Shown piece after piece: positions 50,874 to 60,880 of a DNA stretch of 64,000 bases. The notes under the pieces were generated by a model. The model did not search any database. It had not been told where the DNA came from and saw only the letters and a list, made by a program, of their open reading frames with translations. The translations under genes and the position numbers were made by a program. The stretch's first letter is position 1, and the number at the start of each line of letters is the position of its first letter. The stretch covers positions 1 through 64,000 of the forward strand of contig JAHLWP010000022.1 in the NCBI GenBank assembly GCA_019057865.1. Reading direction: 5' to 3'. The DNA is from Promethearchaeota archaeon (GTDB taxonomy: Archaea; Asgardarchaeota; Lokiarchaeia; Sigyniarchaeales; SOKP01).

Positions 50874-52289
50874 CTATTTTATTTTAAAATTTGCATATTC
50901 TACTAGTGTTAAATATTGATCATCTGGAATTTCTAATGTTTTGATATAATCAAGTAATTTTTTCTTACTATCGAAACCAGACTTAAGTGCATCAATAAAA
51001 TTAATTTTTTCTTTTTTAGTATATATTAATTTCTGAATTCTTTTCATGTTGTTTTTATGAAAGAAAAATTGTGATTTAGGAAGAAAGACTGTATTTTCTT
51101 CATCATCTTCTATGCTATTAGGATCAACAATCTCTAAATTCACATCCTTTTTATGATCAAATAGTTCTTCTTCTTTAATGGGAGGCTCTGAAAAGAGATT
51201 TTTGATACAATATTTAATCTCTTCCTTAACTTCGTTAAATTTTTCAATTTCATGTAGTTGGAGTGCCATTCTACTTATTATATTTTCATTACTTATATCA
51301 ATTATAATTCCAGGTTCAGAATAAATAATTTGAAGTAATAAGTTATTTTTCTTTTCGCTTACATACTTTCTTAAAGTTCCAATGATTTCAATCCGTTTTC
51401 TTTCGAGTTCAAAACCCATTTCAGAAATAATTAGAATAGGTTTTGCAGTTAATAACTCTTGATCCAAAAAATGATCTAAAATTTTTTTAATACCTATTAA
51501 TCCTAAATGATTTTTTGTATTATTATGATCTTTTTTTCCTAATTTTCCGATATTTAAAATCAATATATCAAATTTATCCTCATTTTCAATATCAAAAAAA
51601 TCATAATATTCTGTATCACTTGAATAAAGAATTGTTCTATCGTTATATTCAACTTTTAAACCTCGACCTGTACCTATTTTATGCCATGGATCTTCTTTAT
51701 GTTTAGTATTTAAAAAACTTAATTGGATATCATTGTTCTTTTTGTCTATAAGTGTTGAACTTTTTTTAGTATCTATTATTTCCTTTTTATTTATTATATC
51801 TTTATCAATCTCAAACATTTTTTTAAATTTGTGAAGCGTAGAAGAATTTATAAACAAATCAAATTTTATACCTGGTTTACTCGACTTCTCAAGCCATTTA
51901 TTAGCTTTAAAAACAACTGAAAAAATTGGTTCAAGGTCAATACAATGATCTTCATGAGCATGACTTACATATATCCCATCAATATCTCTTGGAACAAAAC
52001 CATTTTCATAAAATGTTTCTAAAAATTTATATCCTGGATCAATGACAAGTCCATAACCTCCTATAACAAGAAAATAACCTCCACCGCATGTATAATCGTA
52101 TTGAAAGTAATCTTTATAATCTGATAGTCTATTCAATGGATATTTTGGTGAAGCAGAATTCCACTTTTTTAAAACAACAAGAAATAAATCATCTTCTTTA
52201 ATAGTTCTTTCTGAAATGACTACACTTTTAAACTTTTTTTCAATTCCTTCAATTTCTTTCTTATTTTCATCAATAAATCTTTCAATCAT
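50874..52289 (-). CDS. Metallo-beta-lactamase-fold hydrolase
   Basis: GGGYFL, VIDPG, SHAHEDH, YSSDT, NHLG. Confidence 0.85.
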   Translation of the reverse strand: MIERFIDENKKEIEGIEKKFKSVVISERTIKEDDLFLVVLKKWNSASPKYPLNRLSDYKDYFQYDYTCGGGYFLVIGGYGLVIDPGYKFLETFYENGFVPRDIDGIYVSHAHEDHCIDLEPIFSVVFKANKWLEKSSKPGIKFDLFINSSTLHKFKKMFEIDKDIINKKEIIDTKKSSTLIDKKNNDIQLSFLNTKHKEDPWHKIGTGRGLKVEYNDRTILYSSDTEYYDFFDIENEDKFDILILNIGKLGKKDHNNTKNHLGLIGIKKILDHFLDQELLTAKPILIISEMGFELERKRIEIIGTLRKYVSEKKNNLLLQIIYSEPGIIIDISNENIISRMALQLHEIEKFNEVKEEIKYCIKNLFSEPPIKEEELFDHKKDVNLEIVDPNSIEDDEENTVFLPKSQFFFHKNNMKRIQKLIYTKKEKINFIDALKSGFDSKKKLLDYIKTLEIPDDQYLTLVEYANFKIK

Positions 52290-54423
52290 TAGCGTTATCC
52301 CTATTTATATAATATTCTTTAATATAATCTATACACTGCGAAATATTTTCTATTATGAATTTATTCATATTTTCATCTAATTTTGATTTTAGCTTTAAAA
52401 GTTCGAGAATTTCGTCTTTTGGTTCGATTATTTTTAGTTGAAGCCAATCTAACATATCTTCTTCATCTTTTTGTATTGATTGAAATTCGAATAAATATTT
52501 AATAGCCTTTCTAAACGACGGGTTAACTTGTTTATCATATTTTATTCCTGTCCAATAGAAATAATTTAAGTAAGGAGTATATTTTTCATAAAACAATAAA
52601 TTATCATAAAGGGCACCAATACTGCCTAGGAATGGAGTACTTTTTATTTTTTGAGAATTATAGTTGATTATTTTTAATTCTAATATAAAAAAAGGTACAT
52701 TTATTTCAAAATTCTCAAAATTAATTACATAATTTAGTATATTTTTAAGTTCTAATTCCAAATCTTCAATATCAATAACATGATTTTTTTCAAGATCATC
52801 AATTAAATTTGCTTTTTCATTTCCAAATTTAGATTTTTTAATTAAAATTGGAATTGCTCTAGAAATATCAGTATGAGCATGTGTATCAGGATTAGAATTA
52901 ATACTATAGACATAATATTCATCATTTTTAAGTTTCATATATTCACGTTCAGCATATAAAGTATATATAAAATAATTTGGCTTTGATTGAGCCCAAAAAT
53001 CGTATAAATAGAAGATTCCTGGATATAAAGGAATTCGATTAACTATTGATACATTTTGAAATTTTAAATTTAAAGTGAGTTTTCCTTTATAAGGACGATA
53101 ATGTAGAAATCTTGAACCAAAAGCAAGTTCCCAAAAATCTAAAATGCCTTTATATCCATCAAATGAATTAGATTCTCTCTGTTTTTCATCAACTTTCAAA
53201 TTAGAAGTTTCTTGAAGAGAAATATATTCTTCATAAATTTTTAATAATTTTTTATGCTGGATTAAATCATTTTCAAAAATACTAAATCCATTTTTCTTGA
53301 ATTTGGGAACTGTACGATTTAGAAATCTTTTATAATACGCTTTATGTCGACCATTAAATTCTAATTTATAAATACTTGCCATTTCTCTTAATTTTTTACT
53401 CCACTCAAAATCTTCAATATATTTCTTAAGGTTATAATCTCCTTTTATAAAATAATAAGCAACTAAATATTCCTTAAAATTGGTTTTATAATAAAACAAA
53501 CGTTCATATTCAATTAACTTGAAAATATGATTGAATGCATCTTCTTTGTTATCAAACCTATCTTTGAAAAATGATTTGTCAATAACATCTAATTTTTGAA
53601 GAATAAGTTTTTTAAATTGAATTAAATCATCAATAGATAAATAATTAGCAAATATTGTATAATGAAAACTAATGTTATTTTTTAAGCAATGAATTCCAAA
53701 ATCAATAGCTCTTTTTAGTTTTAAATTATCCCCTTTTTTAGTCAAAACTCTATAGAAAGCATCATTCGGGTTCTTTAAAGAAATTCTTAAATGAATTTTT
53801 TCTTTATAAGTTTCATCTTTTAATAATTCTAAGAATTTTGCAAAAGTAGGATCTATATCTTTTTGAAGATTAAATCTTGAACCATTTGTTTCTATTATCA
53901 AAATTAGATTCTCTTTTTGAAACTTATTAAAGAATTCTACTATAAACTCATTAAACCAATCTAAGAATTCACTATTTACGATATCTCCACTTGAAAATCT
54001 AATTGATTTGATAGGAAAGTTTTTTAATTTCAAAATGTGTTTTATTTTTTCTACAAGCGTTCTTGTAGAAGTTATTATAATAATTTCGCCAATATATTTT
54101 TTTGGAATTAAATTATTCTTGTCATCCGAAATCCCAAATTCTTTTTCAAAGAATTCTTCATGAATTTTTGAATTCTCATTGAAATTCACTCTGTTTTCAT
54201 TATGTTCTTTATTTTCATCAAAGAAATATATATCTTTTAAATAAACTTTCCTTATTTTTCCACTGTCAAGATTCTCCTCTACTTTATAACGCCCTTCTTT
54301 TGAAAAACAAAATAAACAATCATATGTACAGTAATGAATATCGAGAGTTAGAACTCCATTATAAAAATGCTCAAATCTAACCCTATGAAGTTCAATTACT
54401 TTTTCTTGAGTTATTGATCTCAC
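52282..54423 (-). CDS. Large radical SAM protein (COG5014-like N-terminus, long unknown C-terminus)
   Basis: RFEHFYNGVLTLD..CTYDCLFC, IRFSSGD, IIETNG, RISLK. Confidence 0.75.
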   Translation of the reverse strand: MRSITQEKVIELHRVRFEHFYNGVLTLDIHYCTYDCLFCFSKEGRYKVEENLDSGKIRKVYLKDIYFFDENKEHNENRVNFNENSKIHEEFFEKEFGISDDKNNLIPKKYIGEIIIITSTRTLVEKIKHILKLKNFPIKSIRFSSGDIVNSEFLDWFNEFIVEFFNKFQKENLILIIETNGSRFNLQKDIDPTFAKFLELLKDETYKEKIHLRISLKNPNDAFYRVLTKKGDNLKLKRAIDFGIHCLKNNISFHYTIFANYLSIDDLIQFKKLILQKLDVIDKSFFKDRFDNKEDAFNHIFKLIEYERLFYYKTNFKEYLVAYYFIKGDYNLKKYIEDFEWSKKLREMASIYKLEFNGRHKAYYKRFLNRTVPKFKKNGFSIFENDLIQHKKLLKIYEEYISLQETSNLKVDEKQRESNSFDGYKGILDFWELAFGSRFLHYRPYKGKLTLNLKFQNVSIVNRIPLYPGIFYLYDFWAQSKPNYFIYTLYAEREYMKLKNDEYYVYSINSNPDTHAHTDISRAIPILIKKSKFGNEKANLIDDLEKNHVIDIEDLELELKNILNYVINFENFEINVPFFILELKIINYNSQKIKSTPFLGSIGALYDNLLFYEKYTPYLNYFYWTGIKYDKQVNPSFRKAIKYLFEFQSIQKDEEDMLDWLQLKIIEPKDEILELLKLKSKLDENMNKFIIENISQCIDYIKEYYINRDNAND

Positions 54424-54666
54424 CTTTAAATAATTAATATATCATTTTATTCATAAAAATTTTGTCATATTTGTTAAGTTTCCTATGTAAATTGGAAATG
54501 GCTTGGTTAAAATTTTATTAAATTTATTACATGAAGAAAATAATAATTCGAATATTTAAAGAAGATCAGAGTGTAGATCTTTTATTTTTTATTAGGGATG
54601 AATTTTGATAAAGAATTCTAATTTATCTACAATTACAATATTCTCAAGGATTTTAGGAAGTATAAC

Positions 54667-54876
54667 ATGAAGGTGGATTACGAAAAGCTGAAAAACTTCA
54701 TCACCCGTAGTCGAGAATTACAGGGGATATTATCATATGAGACAAAAGAATTGGGTAAAAGTGTGGAAGCATGGGTGTTTAGATATTCTTTAGCAAATAT
54801 GTTAAATGAAGAGCTTGAGCAGGAAAATATCTATTATCTCGATGAGATAAAATCAATATTCCTTAAAATCTTTTAA
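54667..54876 (+). CDS. Small hypothetical protein
   Basis: 69-aa ORF with an ATG start. Confidence 0.35.
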   Translation: MKVDYEKLKNFITRSRELQGILSYETKELGKSVEAWVFRYSLANMLNEELEQENIYYLDEIKSIFLKIF

Positions 54877-55810
54877 TAAGAATTTTTGCTACATTTTTTC
54901 CTAGTATTTTTAATATTCGCTTAGCTAATTCTCCCTTTTTGATTTTACCTGACTTATAATCGTGTACTATATCTTTTACTTTTTCATAATCCGTGGCAAG
55001 GCGGCTCCTTAAACAGTCTTCAATATCTTCAGTTTTATCAATAATCTCTTCGATTTTCAAAGTATATTCTTTAATTATCTCGGTATTATCTTTTATATCC
55101 ATTAAAATATCTACGGTCTTAACCTGTAAAGGTTTTTCAAAAACCACAATATCTTTTTTGATTCGAGCATTCATTTCACCTTCAAACAACAACTCTTCAA
55201 TTATTTTTCTAATTTCTTCTATTTTCAGTGATGATGAATAACCCACTTTTTCGGTAATTTCTTGAAAAGATAATTCTTCAAACACTCCAGATAACTTTTC
55301 TAAAGTATTTCTAACTTTGTCTTTGAGAGCTCTTTTTCTCTTAGGTTCATTTCTTTTTAATTCGAGCATTTTCTCATAAGATTTTGTTAAAATTTTATCA
55401 AGGTTTAAAAAGCATTTCTGAGAAATATGGATGGGATCAGTACTGCTTCTTCTATCGCTAAAACTAAAGAATTCAACCTTATATGAGTTTCCTATACTAA
55501 ATGTAAGATATAGTTTTTTATGACAGCAATTAAAACCGATCCTATAAGGTTTCCCATCTTGATTGTAAACATAATATTTCTCCTTATGTACATCCCCCTC
55601 CAGATGTCTATGTTGTTCAATATTAAAATCATTGCGCTTTAATTAATCATAAGCATATTTAAGCGTATCTATGATATTCTTCATCCAATCTATATCAAAT
55701 GGTCTTATTCCATAATTTCTTCCTGAGAATTTGAATTGATAGTTTTCATATAATATAACTTTTAGTTCTCCATTACAAATTTCTTCCTCATATATTATTT
55801 CCATACTCAT
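54863..55810 (-). pseudogene. Interrupted gene with a PCI/wHTH-like domain
   Basis: One frame from ATG 55810 with a single TAA at 55643-55645; LSFQEITEK...IEEIRKIIEELLFEGEMNARI. Confidence 0.65.
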
Positions 55811-55848
55811 ATTAAATCATATAATTAAAATTAAATATTAAGAATATC

Positions 55849-56283
55849 TTATTTTTTAAATCCTTCAGCATCCAATCGCTCATTACATAATGTATCGCAT
55901 CGTTCTATATAAGGATTGCTCCTGCCGACAAGGAAAAACACCACCTTTTCACATTTCTCACAGAGTTGATACACCTCGCTACACAGCTTCGACAGGTGCG
56001 GGTAATTGATTTTCCATTTTTTATTGATTTGCTGTACAGCTAAGTTGCTGTCGGAGTACACTTGTAGGTGCCCTCTATGGAACCTTTCAGCCGTCTTTAG
56101 CGCGTTGATAATTGCTTGATATTCCGCGGTGTTGTTGGTCGCAGTTCCAATGTAATCGCATCCTTCATGAATAACCTTGTCATTATAAACAAATAGGAAA
56201 GCAGAGGCAGCCGAACCGGGATTACCACGAGCAGCTCCATCAGTATGACCGTTAAGGATATCTCCTTTTGGAATTGTTATTAT
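55849..56283 (-). CDS. rnhA: Ribonuclease HI; probable ATA start
   Basis: Frame extends upstream of the listed ORF: HTDGAARGNPG, TNNTAEYQA, VYSDSNL, N...CDTLCN. Confidence 0.9.
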   Translation of the reverse strand: MITIPKGDILNGHTDGAARGNPGSAASAFLFVYNDKVIHEGCDYIGTATNNTAEYQAIINALKTAERFHRGHLQVYSDSNLAVQQINKKWKINYPHLSKLCSEVYQLCEKCEKVVFFLVGRSNPYIERCDTLCNERLDAEGFKK

Positions 56284-56719
56284 TTTAAAGGGTTATTTAA
56301 ATATAATTTTTATGTTGGTAAATTGAAAACAATCTTCCATGCAATTTATAGGAAAAACATGATATAAAGTGATTATATTAATATGCCTATAAATGATATA
56401 TTTCTATTTCTGTATTCTTTTTGGTTGTGTTAGATTTATATAATAAAATTGAAATTAATTATACAAAAGACAAGTAAAAAATTCATTAATTACAAAGAGA
56501 AGCTGATTTTAATAATTTCAGAAAAGAGAGGTATAAAACCCTTTTTAGAAGAATTTGTATCTGATCTAGAATTAGTTGAATTAGAATCCGGTTGGATTTA
56601 TTCGATTGTATAAATTATAAGATATTGAAAAAGATAGTGGAATTATAATAAACTAAATTACTAATAGAATTGAAATAAATTGAAGTAATTTATTTAGAAC
56701 AAGGGTTTATTGAAGCAAA

Positions 56720-57592
56720 ATGAAACAAATAATTGCTAAATGGAAAAAAACTACAGAGAATAAAATTATTTGGACAGCATATTTGGGAAGTGTCCCATTT
56801 AACCTCTATATTCCTAAATGGAGAATTCCTGAACCAGTTCCTGAAAAAATTCTGATAAAAATATTTTTTTCATCAGAAGAAGTGAGAGATAAAAAGTTTA
56901 TATCAAAAACGGATATTCAATTAGAACCTCAATTAAAAAGAAAGAAAATTTATTCTGACGTTCATAAATTTAGCGAACATTCACAGACAATTAGATTTGA
57001 TCCTAATGGAGAATCTAATAATTGGGAAATTGGGAGCCCGTATTTACCAAAATCAATATTAAAAGGTCAAGATTTTAAGGAACTTTCTTTGGTGATTGAA
57101 TGGCTTGGTCTAAAAGATTTAGAAAGGTCAGGAAATTCTTCTGCAGAAGAAATTGACGACATAAATAAAATCACTGATAAAACGATTGCTACTAACAATC
57201 TGATTAGTGATTTTGAATTAAAAATTCGAGAATTCATCGAACAACAACTAAGAAAGCTTTATAGAGAAGATTGGTGGAATCAAGGTATCCCAGAAAATAT
57301 TAGAGAAATAGCTGAAAAAAGAAAAGAACGTAAAAAAAGAATTGAACCAAAAAGAAAATATGATGCCATTGATTTTCTTAATTTTTGGGATTATAACAAC
57401 ATTATATTGTACAAAAAGAATTGGAATAATATTTTCAGAGAATTTTTTAGAGAAAAATATGTTATTCAAGCTCCATTTGAGAAATTATCGAATATTTGAA
57501 ATGATATTGCGCATAACAGATTTAGAAAAGAAGATTTTGAAAGATGCAAAACCTACATCGATGATATATTGAAACACTTACCAGATTTTTAA
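56720..57592 (+). pseudogene. Protein with C-terminal Swt1-like HEPN domain, stop codon at the catalytic Arg
   Basis: FELKIREFI...WW...DFLNF..Y..II...W; TGA 57497-57499 is followed in frame by NDIAHNR up to TAA 57592. Confidence 0.8.
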
Positions 57593-58165
57593 AGATTTTT
57601 AGATCCTATTTTTTTCAACATTTTCCTTAGGAAAACAATATTGATAAATATGCTTATTTATACCTAAAATAAAAATCAATCCATTCAGAATACATAGAGG
57701 GGGAAAAGTTCATGATATTTTTTTTTCCATATTTCGAAAAAAACTTGTAGACCTACTTGTAAACCTATTGAAGTAAAGTTAATACATAAAAATCAATGTA
57801 AAAATATGTATTCTTTATTCCAGTATTGCTTTTTTCGATATGATTTAGTAAGAATCTGAAATCGGGATTTTATAATTGAATTCTACTAAGTATAGATAGT
57901 ATGAATATCTATATTTTATTGTTATTTTCTGATTTTACTCCAGAAGATCGAGAATTTAGTTGATAAAGATACTAAAATAATTCTAATAAAGAAGAATATC
58001 TTTGACATATTGGAGAAAAAACTAAAAGAACGTGAATTTAATGTAATTAATGAAAAACTAATCGATTTATATTGTTCCACACAATAAAAATACTTATTCC
58101 TAAGATTATTACTATTAGAGCTACAACAATTAGAAATTCTTTAATTTTTTTTTTTTTAACATCCT

Positions 58166-59041
58166 TTACTCCAAATCTGATGTCAATTTTGCCATTTGGA
58201 TTTTCTTTAGTGTGGTATATCTGTGTCTTCCCATCATCCAGCCAACATTTCTTCCATGTTTATCCAACTTATCATTTTTTATCTCATTGATTTCAATTTC
58301 ATTACCCAAATCATAAATTAAATTCTCTCCTTCAACTCTTGGTGGTGTTTCTACTTTAAAAACATGTCTAATAAACCCTCTCTTGTAAAAACCAATATAT
58401 CCTACAGGCTGAATTTTCCTCGAGCTTTGATTAGGACAGATGTATTGTCCCTTTGTAAGCGCATCGTTCTCGCCTTTTCCTCCTCCAGCAAAAATAGCTA
58501 CTCTTTTATTGTCGTTCCAATTCCATTTTCCTGTGATTAAATCGTGGTTTTCTAATAAAGTTTCAAAATTCTTCACAAGAAACTTAAGCAAATTTCCTTC
58601 TTCTATATCATTGTTATTAACATACTCATCCAAATACTTCAAAACATTACTCCAATTTTCCCATTCTATTGTTTCCTCTAATTCAGTTGGTCTTTCAGAG
58701 TGAGGAGTAAGATAGACTAAAAAATTTTCATCTTCATTTTTTACTTTTTTAAGATGGTTCTCCATTTGTAGGATATCAATAGCATTTTGAACGATTTTAC
58801 TCTCTATAAATATCTTAAATTTAAAAGAACACTCTAAACTTCCATCTGGAACAGAATTTTTTTGTTGATCTTGACTTGAAATGTTAATATTGCTTGTAGG
58901 AAGTTCTATGTTTAATTTGTTCATAAAAAATCTAATAAGATCCTCTTTTCCAACATTAAAAATGTGTAATAGAGCTGTTGTTATCCTATTCTCTTTTTGG
59001 CTGTAGTCCCCAAAAATTGATAATCGATTAATATTTGTCAT
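58166..59041 (-). CDS. PD-(D/E)XK restriction-like nuclease
   Basis: ENRITTAL, VPDG, IFIESKI, QMENH, LVYLTP. Confidence 0.75.
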   Translation of the reverse strand: MTNINRLSIFGDYSQKENRITTALLHIFNVGKEDLIRFFMNKLNIELPTSNINISSQDQQKNSVPDGSLECSFKFKIFIESKIVQNAIDILQMENHLKKVKNEDENFLVYLTPHSERPTELEETIEWENWSNVLKYLDEYVNNNDIEEGNLLKFLVKNFETLLENHDLITGKWNWNDNKRVAIFAGGGKGENDALTKGQYICPNQSSRKIQPVGYIGFYKRGFIRHVFKVETPPRVEGENLIYDLGNEIEINEIKNDKLDKHGRNVGWMMGRHRYTTLKKIQMAKLTSDLE

Positions 59042-59363
59042 TTTTTTCCCTCCTTTTTTTTTAATTTAATTTTTTTTATGTTTGTTGCTAACAATCGAAA
59101 CGATTGAAACTAAACCATAAAAATTTTTCATTTTTAATTCTCTAATTTTTCTAAAAAAGATGTTAATTAGTTTTTTTATAATATATCATATTTCTATTTA
59201 TAAGGTAGTCAATAATGCTTTCAATAAAAAAGCCGATAAATACAAACCCTAACACAAATAATTCCAAATATATTCCATAAATTATCAATAGTATGCCTAC
59301 TATACAGAAAAGAAATCCTATTACAGTTTTTACTCCTAACATCTCTTTTAACTCTTCATTATC

Positions 59364-60755
59364 TTAGGAAGCTGTATAAATTTTATCAAAATATAGCTTA
59401 TCTTTAATAAATTTGAAAGTGATTCTTCTTTCATTAATCCATTTTTTCCCATAAATCTCACGAAATTCTCTGAATAAATCATTTGAAATTATAAATGAAT
59501 TATTTTCTTTAGCATATTTTAATATGAAATGATCTGCTTCTGTTCCACCTGGTGTTTCAATAATTTTGCCTTTTTTTAGTAAATTTGAGTACTCGTGTTG
59601 ATTATCTATTGTGTAATAGAGGGATCTGTCGCAAATCACAACATAATTGTCTAATTCAAGATTGTTTAATTTTTCAAATAGCTTAAATAGATTGGAGATA
59701 GAACCTTTTTTTGTAGAGCCACTCATATCTCTTGCAATATTCGCACCATCTACAACAAAATTACAATCTTCAATTTTGTGATAATTGGCATGGATATTGA
59801 CGAATCTTATTTTATGTGGTGATTTTGAAATTTGAGTTGTTTGATGGGATAAAGTTTGGTAATTTTGAGAGGGGCTTACTTCCTTAGAATCAGTAGAATC
59901 TTCGATCTCCATTAATCTCCTGCGAAATTTCTCTTGTTGGAATCTAAAACGAGCATCTAAAGATAAACTTTTTGCGTCACTAGTTTTAGAAGAATCTTTC
60001 TTTTTTCTTGCTTGTAATTTTTTAAATCTCTCAAAATCTTTGTCATCTTCAACATTAGATTCAACATTTACATCAATATTGATTTGTTGAGCTTTAATTC
60101 TTTCATTTTTTCTAATAATAATCTTAATTTTGTTTTTGAAGATAAATGCTGCATTAAAACTTGGGTTTAAAGATATCGATCTATTAATGGCATCAAGTGA
60201 ATCTTTGTATAGTCCAGAAATTAAAAGTGCTTTAGAGAGGTGATACCATGAAACCTCAGTATTTGGCTTGAAAGCATTTGGATCGAAGTCAACACCTTTC
60301 TTAGTATATGCTAAACACAAATTATTCCAAGCAGATTTGCTTTTGCTGTTTTTATCCAAAGCAGACTTAAAAGCATTTATAGCATTGTTAAAATCCCCCA
60401 GGTGATTATATACCATGCCAATGCCATTCCAGAAAAAGTCGCTATCTGGAAAAACCTTATTAGCCTTCTCATAAGTTTCAATCACATGGTCATAATCGTG
60501 TTTATGATAATATACCTTTCCAAGATTGTTCCACAATGATAAATTTTGATTATCAATTTTTATAGCTTTTTCAAATGATTTGATTGCATTAGGATAATCT
60601 TCTATTTTAACATAACAAATTCCAAGGTTATTCCACGCTTTAATACTGTTTGGATAAAGGAAAGTAATCCTTTTATAACATTGAATAGCGTGATCATAAT
60701 TTTTAGTTTGGTAATAATCTTTTCCTTTTTGGAATAATTCTTTACGTATACTCAA
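59364..60755 (-). CDS. TPR-NYN ribonuclease fusion
   Basis: N-terminal AWNNLG TPRs; C-terminal VVDGANIA, ADHFIL, IISNDLFREF. Confidence 0.88.
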   Translation of the reverse strand: MSIRKELFQKGKDYYQTKNYDHAIQCYKRITFLYPNSIKAWNNLGICYVKIEDYPNAIKSFEKAIKIDNQNLSLWNNLGKVYYHKHDYDHVIETYEKANKVFPDSDFFWNGIGMVYNHLGDFNNAINAFKSALDKNSKSKSAWNNLCLAYTKKGVDFDPNAFKPNTEVSWYHLSKALLISGLYKDSLDAINRSISLNPSFNAAFIFKNKIKIIIRKNERIKAQQINIDVNVESNVEDDKDFERFKKLQARKKKDSSKTSDAKSLSLDARFRFQQEKFRRRLMEIEDSTDSKEVSPSQNYQTLSHQTTQISKSPHKIRFVNIHANYHKIEDCNFVVDGANIARDMSGSTKKGSISNLFKLFEKLNNLELDNYVVICDRSLYYTIDNQHEYSNLLKKGKIIETPGGTEADHFILKYAKENNSFIISNDLFREFREIYGKKWINERRITFKFIKDKLYFDKIYTAS

Positions 60756-60880
60756 AAAACGTCCCTACAATTTTCTCTCTTCTAATTAAATTTTCGAGTT
60801 TATATTTAAATATCTTCGTATCTTCATATTGGATGAAACACTCACAGAGTTAATATAGCAAATTTCATATTAATACTGTT

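Noticed and set aside
49898-54423. Calling the radical SAM proteins viperins or QueE
   Set aside because: They lack the viperin N-x-H motif before CxxxCxxC, and no queC, queD or dpdA genes are present.
57497-57499. Selenocysteine readthrough of the TGA
   Set aside because: The position corresponds to the HEPN Arg, not a Cys, and I recognised no SECIS element.
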